A DNA stretch of 63,767 bases, filler included, from Dicyema japonicum (lineage: Eukaryota > Animalia > Dicyemida): the NCBI GenBank assembly GCA_011109175.1. It is 14 parts of 13 records of this genome, joined end to end, with 100 filler letters (N's around TTAATTAATTAA, not from the genome) between each part and the next. Parts side by side here need not be neighbours in the genome. Positions count along the whole stretch, not along the records: positions 9,630 to 19,757 come from RDEW01000105.1; positions 19,858 to 22,587 come from RDEW01000086.1; positions 22,688 to 25,436 come from RDEW01000353.1; positions 25,537 to 29,847 come from RDEW01000058.1; 10 more parts are not named here. One strand, 5' to 3'. Under the pieces are notes generated by a model. That model was not told the DNA's origin, searched no databases, and saw nothing but the letters and a program-made list of their open reading frames with translations. The translations under genes were made by a program, and so were the position numbers. This document shows positions 12,871 to 25,539 of this stretch, one piece after another; the first letter of the stretch is position 1, and every line of letters begins with the position of its first letter.

Positions 12871-14642
12871 GTATTTCTGTTTTTTTTAAGTGATCATGGG
12901 GTAATAATTTAACCCTACTTGTCACAACTTAGACGAAAAGATCCACGCTTTTTGTATCTCAAAACGCTGGGTAGTGTAAATATTTAATTATATTTCGTTA
13001 CCTTGGAATACTAATTGGCACAAATAGGGACAATTTGTGTGACCGCAGCAGTTAAAATGAGGAAGCTCTTCCGGCCGATGTATATCTAAAAAAGCTACGA
13101 CTAAAGAAAACACATTCCCTTTTTGTTTTTGAGCGAGTAATCGTCCTTACTCGGATAAACGGTCATTTTAGGTGATTATTTGTTTATGGTAGTGGCGTCT
13201 CTCTGCACCTTATGTCTAATTCAAGCCTGGACGACTGTAACGTGCTTACTATCTTTAATTTCAACACTAAAGGCCACACAAGCCTACTTTATCAGGACTT
13301 GGCGACGTAAGAAAGATTGATATGCTGCCATCAAGACGAAAGTAAAAGAAGTCCTCGATGACTATTACATAAGCTAGAGAATAATTTTACTTCCTGGTGA
13401 CTTTAGACATTATGGAGAAAGGTTTGAGTTTCAAAAGATTCGCTCGTTCATTTACATATTTCTAAGAAAAATGCTTAAACTCCATTAATTTAAGGTGAAT
13501 AGCATAACGTTCCTTGAGTCATTTATTTATTCATTTGAGAATCACAAAATCATCAAAAATAATTAAAGACAACTAATTAAGTGATCCAACTTCCAATGAT
13601 TTCCTGACTTTCATTGTGTGGTCTTCCGATGTCCACTTTAGAAGGTGGAACCTCCTTGAATGCAAAGGGACTTCTGGGGGCGTCATTCTTGAGAAAGATC
13701 GGGGTTCCTCTGCATTGGAAATCGCATCGCCAATCGGTTTACAGGTTCTTTGCAAAAAAAGAGAAAACCGGTGCTATCGTTCCCTATGGATTCTTACGAG
13801 AGGAGAGTTGTATGAGTTGTTGTAAATGTGTGGATTTAATAAGAGAGAGATAATTCAAACACAAAATCAAGTAGTTGTCGAATCCCTAGACATATATTAT
13901 TTGAATATTACGGAATAGGCAAGAAGTGGAACATTGAAGTTGAATAACTTCACAAACATGAAAGTTGTTTCTTGAAAATTATTAAATTAGAAATCCGGAA
14001 TCATCGGCAACAATTGCAAATTAATAAGTCACATAGTAATTAATAGGTCAATAACTACATAGTAATAAATAGGCCATATTTTCCTTAGAGTTTTTTGTAT
14101 AATAAAGCTAAAAGTAAATATCTGTAATCTTTTCATTAATTTGATTATTAAGAACGCAAGAGAGTTTAATGAGAGCACATTCAGAATTGATGTGACCTAT
14201 TTCTTAATTTTCATTAATTGTTATAAAACATTTAGTCTTGAATAACAAAATATAGAAGCATCAATAAAGATAGCATTGCTATAATGGCTTTTATGAATTA
14301 TCTGGTGCAATTACTAGTGTTAGAAGCTCTGTCTTGGAAATTAGGTCAACATAGTCTACATATATTACTTTTTCTATCTTTCTTCAGAATTCTCGCTTAT
14401 TTCATCAATTCTCTACGGAGGAAATAAGAATAGCAGCAATTAAGATTGTCATTCAGAAATAGCAGAATGAGGTCTCGAGCGAAAAAAAGAACTGCCGCAT
14501 GAATCGATTACACGGATCGCAATTTTCGTAAAGAAATCTTTGACCTTGTATTCGTATTTTCTACTAAAATTATGTTTGAAACAAAAATTAGCATATAATT
14601 TACATTTACATATAAAACCAAAACCATAAATTATTAAAGATT

Positions 14643-17013
14643 ATGATTCCATTCTGTTGGTTGCTTATTTTAAAAATTTCAAATGGTGATGAATTAATTG
14701 ATCAGAAATTTGCCTTGTGCTCAGTAGGGAGTGAATTTAACTATTGTATGTGTATGGAGTTATTCATAGGTCTTAAAGAATTCATCAGTTCACTCAGTAA
14801 GGAACCAAATTATTTGCGAAATTTAAATTACTTCTATGACACAAAAGTAGAGTTTTCATAATTTTTAGATTAATGATGAAAATAGAGATATTTTCTATAA
14901 TACTATAAAATCAATAAAATTTTTGAGTTTACAGTTATCTATTTGCCAAATAATGGCCTTCAATTTTACTGATAATAATTTGAAGAAGATTGTAAGCGAT
15001 ACCTTAAAAAAAGAATTACAAAACAGATTACAACATATCATGGAAAATTATTATAATAATGGAAAGTTTTCTCCAGAAATAATTTATGTTGGTATTTCTG
15101 CTTATGATACTAATTGTATAAATGAAAATAATAAGTTTATAAATTTTGAAGTGATAATTGAGCATTTACAAAACGAAAAACCAAATGAAAACATTACCTA
15201 TATTTTATTTGAGTCGATAGATGATTTTGTGAATGAATTTTTAAATAACTTGATAAATGGAAAAAGTTTATCAAACTTTCAAATCTTCAATAAAATTATC
15301 GAACCTGATTATAAATTGAAAAACTTAGCAAGTTATTCATTTTTTTAAATTCTAAGATTATTTGATAGATACGGATCACAGCGATGGGGTTTTTTTAATT
15401 AAATAAAAATATTAGAATAGGGAAGTTGTTGCAAATTTTTTTGTATTACTTGAATCAACTAGTAAACTATCAATGATACAGCGTCTAAAGCAAGAAAAGC
15501 TATTTTTGATCCAGTGAATGGCATTCCTCCAGAAAGTAATCTAAAATATGAAGTCATCGATAAAAAAGTAGTAGGAAATTCAAAATTTTCTTCAAAAAAT
15601 AATGTTTCTGGAGAAATTGAATTACTTACTGAAGATCCTACCGATAGTACTATATTTATAAATCGAGTCCGCGTGGTTGTTCATAATGAAAGCAAATTAA
15701 CTCCTACAAATGGAACATCTCCACAATCGCTTCAAGTTTCGGTTGTCGCTCAATTTGAAATAAAATCTTTAATATTAAAATTTCCAATACATTCAAATTA
15801 TAGTGAATACACTAATAAAGTAGCAAAACATGTTAATTACAGGGGTATTCTCCAAAGTGTGTATTTTACAACAACGAAACTGGTTTTTGGAAAAATGCGG
15901 GTAGAATAGAAATTGCTGAATTGTTTTATATCTGTAAATCTCTGCATTTGACAAGTTTTGCAATTCTATTTGTAATTATCATTTTCACGCTAGGGTCCTA
16001 TAACTTCGACTGAAATTAAAAATGATGAAACTACAGTCATTACAATAATTGGAATTTCTTCTCCACAGTCGCTATAATACTTTCATTTATTATATTTATA
16101 CTCAATTAGGTAGATAATATTTAATACTTCAGACTTTTGAAGAGTTCTATTTTTCAAATTCTTTTACTTAATTTGAAAACATCAATTTTGATGTTAAACA
16201 TGGTGTTTACTTTTGGAATCATTTATTCTTTACATAAAAGTTTTATAGAGTGTGTAATAGTTGGAGTTTTACTCCACTATGGAATTTTGTCTCAATTTTT
16301 ATGGATGTTCATAATATCATTTGTACATTATTTAAAATTTAACAAAGTAATTGGAGTCAACATAAAATATTTAAAGGTCAAAGCATTTGTTATTAGTTGG
16401 GGTTTAATATTAGTTTTATTTGTAATTAGGTATTCCACTTTCATTGTCGGTTTAATTTTAATGATAAATAAAAATGTTTATTATTCCGAAGGGAAATGTT
16501 TGATTTCTGGAATTAGTTTTTATTTGGGGTTGCTTGCTCCGACTATAATCTGTCTGCTTCTAAATTTTATATTATACATTATTTTGATTTGTGGATTTAT
16601 GAAATCTAAAACACCAATAAATACAAATTCAATTAAAAACAAAATTTTATTTTCACTTTTCATTTGTTCAGGTAAAATTAAAATACATTTTAGGACTCCC
16701 ATGGATTTTATTATTTTTTGTTAGATTTAGCACGGTGTTAGAATATATTTTTATTATATTCGTTAGTTTTCAAGGTTTGTTCATTCTCCTTTTAAATATT
16801 GTGAATTTAAAAAAATCAATAGTTAAAAAAGTAAATCCAATAAATGATAACGGACAACTTACAAACACAAATAATCTTACCTTAGAAATTGATGAAAATT
16901 TACCTTTAACGAATTCAAATTTTTTTACTAAAGCCTATAAATTTATTTTTTACAAAAATTTTATTTCCAATAAACAACAAAATTTAACAAGACGAAAAAT
17001 TCACATTAATTAA
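14643..17013 (+). CDS. Adhesion GPCR (GAIN/GPS + class B2 7TM), multi-exon; at least 3 apparent frameshifts
   Basis: Hydrophobic N-terminus MIPFCWLLIL. GPS-like KCVFYNNETGFW...ICKSLHLTSFAILF; TM3 CVIVGVLLHYGILSQFLWM; SWG(IP); TM6-7 GLPWIL...YIFIIFVSFQGLFI. Introns 14847-14868, 15332-15356, 15820-15842, 15972-15993, 16110-16132, 16402-16429, 16672-16693. Confidence 0.88.
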
Positions 17014-17399
17014 TATTACTAACGTTATTTGCAATCTTAGTCTATTTTGTTTGCTAACTATGTTCCATATTACTAAATTAACATCTGTGTCTTTTGGTTG
17101 AACTGGTGACATGGTTCTAAAAAAATCTTTGTTTAATTGATCCATTCTCAGCCGCAATTTATTTTTTTAATTGATAATGATCCAATTTCGTGATCGAAGA
17201 CCCCATAAAGCACGAAGAAATCTTTTACACATAACATAATCAATCCGGTTGTATATCCGGACATGATCACTATATTGACTTTGTATGATGTTAAGTCACT
17301 TATTAAATCCTTCCTTTTATGTTTTTCTTTCAATACACGGACGTAGAATGACGCCAGTGTGAAGAGATCATTAGTCATATGTGAAATAGACATAATTAA

Positions 17400-17587
17400 T
17401 CAGAACCACACCAGTTCAACATTTTTTAAATTGTCTTTTGGAAAGACACTGAAAACTCATTCAAAAACGAGAAGAAACTGAAATCCATTGTAATGAATGA
17501 CTCAGTTGAAATCAGAGTTGATACTTTTTATTAAAACGGACATAATTATTGAGCATAACAATCCAGACTTGTTCGTTTTTGATAAAN
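17400..17587 (+). mobile_element. R4-type REL endonuclease fragment
   Basis: KLKSIVMNDSVEIRVDT..KTDIIIEHNNPDLFVFDK is homologous to the VQSVVENTRVQIKVDS...KHNKPDIVV stretch at ~34250-34350. Confidence 0.7.
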
Positions 17588-18389
17588 TTTCTAAAATTAG
17601 TTAACGAAAGTTTTTTACGAAAAATTCTGACTTACGTAAAATTAGAGAATTGTTCAATAAAACACCTTAAATTTTGGAGTAATAGTGTACCTTTTGATTC
17701 TATTTAATCCATCAATCTACTAGATTTTTCTCAAGTTCCGGCTATTTTAATTTTTTACAAATGGAGTAATAGTGTACCTTTTGATTCTATTTAATCCATC
17801 AATCTACTAGATTTTTCTCAAGTTCCGGCTATTTTAATTTTTTACACATTTTTATTTTAGGATTTCTGTTTTTGAACTGAAATAAAAGCGATTTTGCATT
17901 CTTTAATATTGCATTGACTGTCCTTCTTTAGATTCTCTTTTTGAAAAATAAAAGAAAATCTGCTACATATAGTCTGACATGAAGCAGATTTATTAATTTC
18001 TTTATACCGCAATATTTCCACTTTTCGAGCAATTGAAGCTCTAAAGTAGCCTCCAACAGAAACATTCCTACCCATGCTTAATAATAAAGCCTTTTCACAA
18101 GAGCCATAGTATTTTATAGCCCCGCATAGGCAGGACACACACTTTATTTAAGTAAAGAACAGTTAATTTTAACTAATCGTAGAACCAAGGAATTATCTTC
18201 ACTTCTTTTTTTTCTTTTTCTTGTGTGAATGTCCTTTACTACCCATGCCTGCTTTAAATTATTTAAATATTCAAAAATATTTTAAAAAATAAAAATAATT
18301 TTTAAAAATGTTGGCAAATATCATTGAAATATCATTGCAAATTTTAGAATTAGCAAATTTAGGAGTGGCATATTTGAGAGAGTTTACTG
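17588..18389 (-). mobile_element. pogo/Tigger-like transposon left end and HTH remnant
   Basis: TA|CAGTAAACTCTC terminus at 18389. ORF MGRNVSVGGYFRASIARKVEILRYKE (psq-type HTH). Homologous to 53562-54599. Confidence 0.75.
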
Positions 18390-18399
18390 TATAAAACTT

Positions 18400-18790
18400 T
18401 TTATTAACAAAAAGAAAAAAAAGTAAATGGTTATATAGCGGCTGCCGTAACTTCGTGGCTATTTCCTAATGAGGATGGCAAAAGAGATTCGCTCAAATAA
18501 CCAGCGGAGCTCACGACGTCTCAAAAGTCCCAGCGTCGCATGAGCAAGGACACTAGACGTCTCTACGGCGAGTGGAACAAAAAATTCTTTTGTAGGACCG
18601 CATACTTTGAGCTCACGACGTCTCAAAAGTCCCAGCGTCGCATGAGCAAGGACACTAGACGTCTCTACGGCGAGTGGAACAAAAAATTCTTTTGTAGGAC
18701 CGCATACTTTTCCCGTTTAATCTTCTCGGCTTTCTTATCGGCTGAACAAGCTCCAGAGGTTCTCGGGAGTGGTTGCAAGAGGAAGAACGC
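18400..18790 (-). mobile_element. CRE-clade non-LTR retrotransposon 3' end
   Basis: KAEKIKREKYAVL..FVPLAVETSSVLAH...RWLFERISFAIL. AATAAA tail abuts the Tigger TIR. Confidence 0.8.
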
Positions 18791-19295
18791 TCCGTACAAT
18801 TTGAAATATTTTTACATTGTTTTGAAATATGCTATATTCTGTTAAAAATTAAAAATTTTGAATTTATGTAAGGGTTGTCATGACTGCCCCACTGTATTTC
18901 ACAAATTTTTTTTACTTAAAAATTTAATAGTTTTTCTATTATATGGAGTTCTTAAATTGTGACTAAGAGAATTATAAAAACAAACTTTAATGGTATTCGA
19001 AGAAAGCACTTGATGGTCANAAACAAACTTTAATGGTATTCGAAGAGAGCACTTGATGGTCAATAATCCAGGGATTTCTTCTCGTGGGGTATATCGACGA
19101 CTGTGACTGACATGTCCAACCTTTTTCCCTAATAGATCTATTATAGACTAGTAGTGCTACAAGCGAAAGAAGCAGATAGTAAATGGGAAACTAACAACTA
19201 AACTCCCGTAAAAAATAAGAAAGTCATATACATCTTTTTCTAATGGACTTTTGACAGTTTAAACAAGAAAAACTCATGAGTAAAATACAGGAAAT

Positions 19296-19757
19296 GATTG
19301 ACGGAGATTTCTCCTTTCGAATTTTTTGTCTATCAAATTAAACTATTTAAAACTACCTCCACGCGATTATTCGATAAAATATTAATTATTTCTGCAACTG
19401 GATAATACTGAGACTCAAACTTAGAAGGATTTGTTCCAAAGTCCTTTTTAGTCGGAACCTATCTATTAATGTTTTTAATTCATACTTTATCTCCCATGTT
19501 AAAAAATATATTTACTATTATGAACATTCATTTTCCTTTTCATAGCTTTGTAATAATTCGAATTTTCTTCAATCGATTTAATTTTGAAATTGAATCTCTT
19601 GGCATTCGGACACAGATTATCTGACTGGGAATTAGATATAAATTTTTTAAATCAAATTACGTGAATTTTCAATAGATTCTGGAGTGGAACAATTAACCAA
19701 ATCGTCAATTTGTTCTGGAATCGCACACTCATCACTTAAATTATCTAAGTCATAATG
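19296..19757 (-). repeat. Second copy of the integrase C-terminal repeat at 2470-2790
   Basis: High nucleotide identity to ~2470-2790. Confidence 0.8.
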
Positions 19758-21299
19758 NNNNNNNNNNNNNNNNNNNNNNNNNNNNNNNNNNNNNNNNNNN
19801 NTTAATTAATTAANNNNNNNNNNNNNNNNNNNNNNNNNNNNNNNNNNNNNNNNNNNNTCTGCGGGTCGATAAAAAAGGGAGGGTGCAAGAAAAGTAAAAG
19901 ATAGGACCCTAAATGATAATACCCTCGTATTAAGTCCCAGTTTCGTTTTTTCTGTGTTGTTTCTCCATTTTAGGATTGTAACCTCGAATAATCGCTATTA
20001 TCATTTCTTAATTTTTTAACTTTAACAACTTTATTAGCAAGGAAAATTAAAGAGGGAGTTATTTGGCCTCATACCACAAGTCCTGCAAACGCTTGGACTC
20101 TTCTCTGCGCTCTCAGATGCCTCTTATCGTTTATTCTGTGCTGCAACATACGAGTCAATGATGGCATCTCTTTTTAGGAGTTTACCATTCTTTTTTCTGC
20201 TGCATCTCTTATCGACATTACTAGCAAATTTTCATTTTCATCTTGCTTCTCGTCGAGCAATTTGTGTAGGACAATCTTAATCCCTGCTCTCCTCGATTTT
20301 TTAAGAAGCAAGATAAAACGCTCTTTGTATGCAGTGTAATACTATCTATCCAGTCCATAAAGAAGTGATGGAATAATCGTACTTGAAAAAAATAAATAAA
20401 AACATATCCATTTCGAGTGTCAATTTCCTCACGCACAATATCGCATAAGGGCTGTCTTTCTTTTGAGCTTAAAATCGCACAATGTGCTACCAGATTTCTC
20501 AAAAGCTGTTCCGGCATACTTTAGGGAGCTTGCAATGTTGATTCCTCATACTGAGTCTTTCTGATTTCTTTCACCATTCCGACCGAAAAACCTCATTGCA
20601 CTAGATTTTTCTTCTTAAAGTTTCAACCCATGAAGACCGACAGTTTAATTGATCAAGGAACGATAATAATAATAATTAAAGATTTTTAATTAAAATATAT
20701 TTACAAATAAAATTATTTTATATAATTTAAATAACAAAGCGTGCAACTTTTTGATGTGATCTGTTAAAAAAGTAAGAATGTGATTTTTGATGTGATCTGT
20801 TAAAAAGTAAGGTTTTATTCAAAATCCAAAGGATCCACTTAAACCGTGTTTTTGGAATGTGGTGGGGATTTTTCTAATGGAGCCTTCTAGCTTATTAAAC
20901 ACGAAAAACGTAAGCATCTTCAATCACCATGAAAAATATTGAATTTTTAGCAGCCTAAACCAAAACTATAACAAAAGGATAAGTCTACTTCATCAATAAA
21001 NGTGATCTGTTAAAAAAGTAAGAATGTGATTTTTGATGTGATCTGTTAAAAAGTAAGGTTTTATTCAAAATCCAAAGGATCCACTTAAACCGTGTTTTTG
21101 GAATGTGGTGCGGATTTTTCTAATGGAGCCTTCTAGCTTATTAGAACACGAAAAACGTAAGCATCTTCAATCACCATGAAAAATATTGAATTTTTAGCAG
21201 CCTAAACCAAAACTATAACAAAAGGATAAGACTACTTTATCAATAAATACCTACAAGTTCTCAAACTATTTAGGATTTGTGTATTCGTATAAAGTTAAA

Positions 21300-21790
21300 G
21301 AAATTATCGCCAATACTGGTTTTTTCTTTATTTTAATTTATATAGGTAATCCTCATTCGATTGCTGAGAGAGTTGTACTTTCCTGTGTAGAATTGTTTAT
21401 AAAAAGTATTCTACCGAGGGAATCTTCATAAGTACTAAAAATATTCCATTCAGTAACGAAACATTGCGAAGAATTGAAGATCTCGAATATTCCTTAATTA
21501 TTTTTCTCTGAAAAACAAAATTTCCAGTACAGCTTGATGAATCAGTTGTATTTGGCAATCAATCTGTTTTAATGTCAGATGTGAGGTACATATAATACAA
21601 CATTGGGTACACAGAGTCTGGAGGAATGCATAAAGTGGTGTGCAGCACAGCGTTTGATAAGGAACACAATTTACTGCAGATTGTCACTTTTTTGTGTTGA
21701 ATCAAGTTGTCGATAAACATATATGGAAATGCAAAATGTGTACGAAAAGGACGAGCATCAGAAATCACTCATGGTTTGAAGGTAGTGCAT
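21300..21790 (+). mobile_element. hAT (Buster/Charlie) transposase remnant with a 27-nt intron
   Basis: IIANTG|NPHSIAERVVL (intron 21319-21345), PFSNETLRRIEDL and QLDES match ZBED5/Buster motifs. Confidence 0.75.
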
Positions 21791-21799
21791 CTTTGTTAC

Positions 21800-22068
21800 T
21801 TTTTTAGGTAGTCATCTAAGTCTTAGAACAATTTTGGTGCTAACGTGTATGTGGGCGAAAGACATCTCGTTCACGAAGTAGCTTTCGAACTCGAAATATT
21901 CAAGAAAACTGTTGTGGACTGGAATAATTTTTGTCGAGAAACATGCGAGACGTGGTTCGAGACAGTCCCACAGTTGCTTGGTGGACTTGACGAAAACAAT
22001 CGTTTAAATTTATTTTGCTAATTAATAGAACCAAAAGTCGTGGAAATCGACGAGTCTAAATTTTTCAC
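21800..22068 (+). mobile_element. Merlin (IS1016/ISXO2-like) transposase fragment with a 27-nt intron
   Basis: SHLSLRTILVL...TVVDWNNFCRETC...LLGGLDENN|QPKVVEIDESKFF (intron 22002-22028). Truncated by a CRE insertion. Confidence 0.85.
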
Positions 22069-22069
22069 A

Positions 22070-22550
22070 TTTAATTTACAAACTTTATTAAACAACAGAA
22101 GAAAAACGCAAAAACTAACAGTTAGCAACTGCTGGCTGCTCTCATAGTTGAAAACGCATTTCCCTCTACGATTTGCAAGGAAATGCGCTCACTGCCAGCT
22201 CCTTTTTCTTTTATCGTTTTTCTTTTTCGTGATGAACGAGTTAGCAGGGTCAGTGACCTGCTTCCAATTATACCTGTCGTTTCGACTGCCACTGGTTCGA
22301 AGATGAATTGTCCTCCAAGATATGCGTATTTTTTATTTTTAGGGTCTCAGCCTTCTCCGAAGCTGATCTGGGTCAGTTACTGTCGCTGAGAGGTTGGAAG
22401 GAGAGAGGCTATCGACACAGATGGCGTCCCAAGCAACGTATTTATCACTCTTCCATGGAAAAAGAAAGGTTCCGTCAGGTCTTTGGTTGGCTTGAGCAAG
22501 TCCAAGCGGCTCCAATTGGACAGGAAATCCGGCAGCCTCAAGTCCCCAAA
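22070..22550 (-). mobile_element. CRE-clade non-LTR retrotransposon 3' end
   Basis: LEAAGFPVQLEPLGLAQANQRPDGTFLFPWKSDKYVAWDAICVDSL and VAVETTG form the RLE domain. AATAAA tail. Confidence 0.85.
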
Positions 22551-22979
22551 AATAAAGTTATAGCATTACTATCTATAGTTATCATAGNNNNNNNNNNNNN
22601 NNNNNNNNNNNNNNNNNNNNNNNNNNNNNNNTTAATTAATTAANNNNNNNNNNNNNNNNNNNNNNNNNNNNNNNNNNNNNNNNNNNNCGTCGACATTTAT
22701 ATCTTTGATTCTGCCGATGTTTCTACATCAACCCATTCAATATCATTTTTTTGTATCCAAAAAAAGGATTCCCCGCCGCTATAATTTTTTCCCACAATTC
22801 CAAATACAACACACAGGACCAATAAAAAGCATTAAAATTTCTTTCAAACAATTCACGTTGAAATTTATTTTCTTTCATATCATTGAGTTTAGTTTTTGCT
22901 TTTAATGGAATGAAAAAACTATCTTTTCGTTCCTGAAAATTATTTTTTGAATCATTTAATGATTTAAAAGCATAATAAA

Positions 22980-23064
22980 TATGATAATCCGGGACACATA
23001 AATCCGGGACAAGGCTCCATTATCCGGAACTGTCGCGGCTAATCAGAAACGGATGGTAAGCCTA
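22980..23064. mobile_element. hAT-like terminal fragment
   Basis: Ends in CGGATGGTAAGCCTA (TAGGCTTACCATCCG-type TIR) with subterminal CCGGGAC repeats. Confidence 0.4.
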
Positions 23065-23099
23065 TGCATAGGCCATTAATATAGATTTATTATCACATA

Positions 23100-23991
23100 C
23101 AGACATTCGTCGATCTGCAAAAAAAACAGTTTTTTAAGTATATTTTTTAAGGAATCTTCGACGCTTTCTGCCATTTCGTCAATTCGGCGACGAATTGTAT
23201 CACTACTTAAAGGTAAATTCTAGGAACATCCAAATGGTCACACTACTTGTAAAATTTCAGATGGATTATGTCCCAACATATCTTGTAAAACAACTCCGAT
23301 GGAAGGTATTATTAACGATTCACTCGAAACATGGGTAGCATTATTTTTAGCAACGATATGAGCAATTTTGTAGGATCCAAGTAACCCATCTATGAAATAG
23401 GTTAAAGGGAATANTGTCCCAACATATCTTGTAAAACAACTGCGATGGAAGGTATTATTAACGATTCACCCGAAACATGGGTAGCATTATTTTTAGCAAC
23501 GATATGAGCAATTTTGTAGGATCCAAGTAACCCATCTATGAAATAGGTTAAAGGGAATACTTTTTCGTGCAAGAGCATGATGAGTGATTAACTTTTGAAA
23601 GGTAGTAGGTTTATCAATTTTGTTTTTTATATTTTGAAAATATTCAAGCGAAGATCCGACTAGATTTAAATGATGTGCTAATCCTGACAATTTCATAGAA
23701 CTATTGGCCGAAGAATTTTTGCAGATTATGAAAAAAGGCTTAGATTTGTCTCCACTGGAAGGGATAAACCCATACGTCAGATAATCTTTACAATAAATCC
23801 GAGGAGTACGAGAATTACGACCAGACATGTGATTGACACAAGTATTTATAGGTATCAAAGAATAATGGTTAACCATCGTAATGAACTAATTACTGATAAT
23901 GAAAAATATTTAAAAAATAATACCACGTACCAATTTTTTTTGTCCATGCACCATTTGAGAATTTTTCATGCACAACGGTTGAGAATCACTG
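23100..23991 (-). mobile_element. hAT (Buster/Charlie) transposon left end and transposase 5' part
   Basis: TIR CAGTGATTCTCAACC at 23991. BED-finger-like RIYCKDYLTYGF...ANSSMKLSGLAHHL, SYKIAHIVAK and LPLSSDTIRRRIDEM. Confidence 0.85.
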
Positions 23992-24400
23992 GAGTAAACA
24001 ATGACGACAATCTCTGTTATTATTGATACTGCAAAACCAACATGTGTTAAAATGCTGAGCCAATGATATTCTTTTACTATAGATGGGTCCTATATCCAAT
24101 ACGTATTTCACGAATAATACAAAAATGACTGCAAAATTAGTCAGATGAGAACACGTACAGTGCATTCCATTTCTCGTAATCTTACTGCTGCATCCATTTG
24201 ATCTCCAATCTTGTGTGGAAAAATTGATTTTTTAGTGAAATCTTATTTATTTTAATAAAAACATACTTCCTGGAAACTCAAGTTTTATTGTCAATTTGTG
24301 AATCGGCCTGTTAGTATTCACCGAGATTTCCACAACTGATGTCTGAAGCTTTCAACATTTCCATTCGATGCACTAGTTGAAGATATCCAGTTTTTATTGA
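23992..24400 (-). pseudogene. Second adhesion GPCR (GPS + TM1), interrupted by the hAT insertion
   Basis: LQTSVVEISV...IKLEFP, then DWRSNGCSSKITRNGMHCTCSHLTNFAVIF|DPSIVKEYHWLSILTHVGFAVSII (31-nt intron 24090-24120). The frame breaks exactly at the hAT TIR. Confidence 0.85.
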
Positions 24401-24429
24401 TTGGTTTAATCTAAAAATTATTAAATTAG

Positions 24430-24790
24430 TAATTACCTCTCCACTTGTACTTATATCCATAGTGCGCGTAGTCTTCCACATACTTGATATATCAAATTCA
24501 TCTCATAGCTCATTCATATAGGAATTGTTAAACTTTTTTCAATGGTCGATTTGAAAAATAATGGGAGATCCAATAATATAAAAATTATTTCTAAAGAGAC
24601 TAAATATTTCTTTTGCTATTTTAATTTTAGATAATTCAACAGCTGCATACTCTGAAAACGAATCAATGATACCAAGATCTAAGTAAACAATTGTTCTCTC
24701 GAATAAATGACTTTCGGTAAGAGAATTCAAAATTTGTTGCATGAATTTTAAATCTGTGCTTCTCTCTTTTTTCAATCACTTCATCTAGGT
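24430..24790 (-). mobile_element. Ginger2/KRBA2-like integrase core remnant
   Basis: IIGSPIIFQIDH*KKFNN resembles 'FGAP.ILQSDNG.EF.N'. Confidence 0.5.
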
Positions 24791-25539
24791 CCCCCTATCG
24801 GGGATCACGGGGATTATAATTAACTGGCTTACCCCTTCCTTTATTATTATTACCTTCTTGCTACCTTCCTTTGGTTGACCAAATAAATAAATTGCTTTAG
24901 AAAATACTGTGAAGCCCATTTGTATGTTGAATTTATAGTACGATAATATAATAAAAAATAAAACCAATTTTTATTTTCTAATGAAAATACACCTACTCTA
25001 AATATTGGCAGACAAACGTTGACAAATTATTCATTTTCCTTCCATCCACTCATGAAATGTATTTTGATTAGTGCTTGGTACTTTTTGTGTTGTTTCCCTT
25101 ATTGTAGAGCTTTTTGTGTTGGCTGTCTAGAAATGGCACAATTAGAATCCCTCAAGAACAATTTATCCAAAAAGATATTTCTGTTCATTACATAACCTTG
25201 ACACGTAAATGAGTTGATTGAAACATGCTTACCAAAGCCGTTCCTCCGAAAAATATCAATGATATATCTGATTAGTATCCCTCGAGAACAATCTATCCAA
25301 GAAAGTATTCCTGTTCATTACATAACCTTGACACGTAAATGAGTTGATTGAAACATGCTTACCAAAGCAGTTCCTCTGAAAAATATCAATGATATATCTG
25401 ATATAATTTTTGCTGCGCAGTCTGCATATTTGGAACNNNNNNNNNNNNNNNNNNNNNNNNNNNNNNNNNNNNNNNNNNNNTTAATTAATTAANNNNNNNN
25501 NNNNNNNNNNNNNNNNNNNNNNNNNNNNNNNNNNNNTGC

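Noticed and set aside
13573-13853. Overlapping ORFs on both strands as a compact gene or ncRNA
   Set aside because: No recognisable motif in any frame and no structure I could support.
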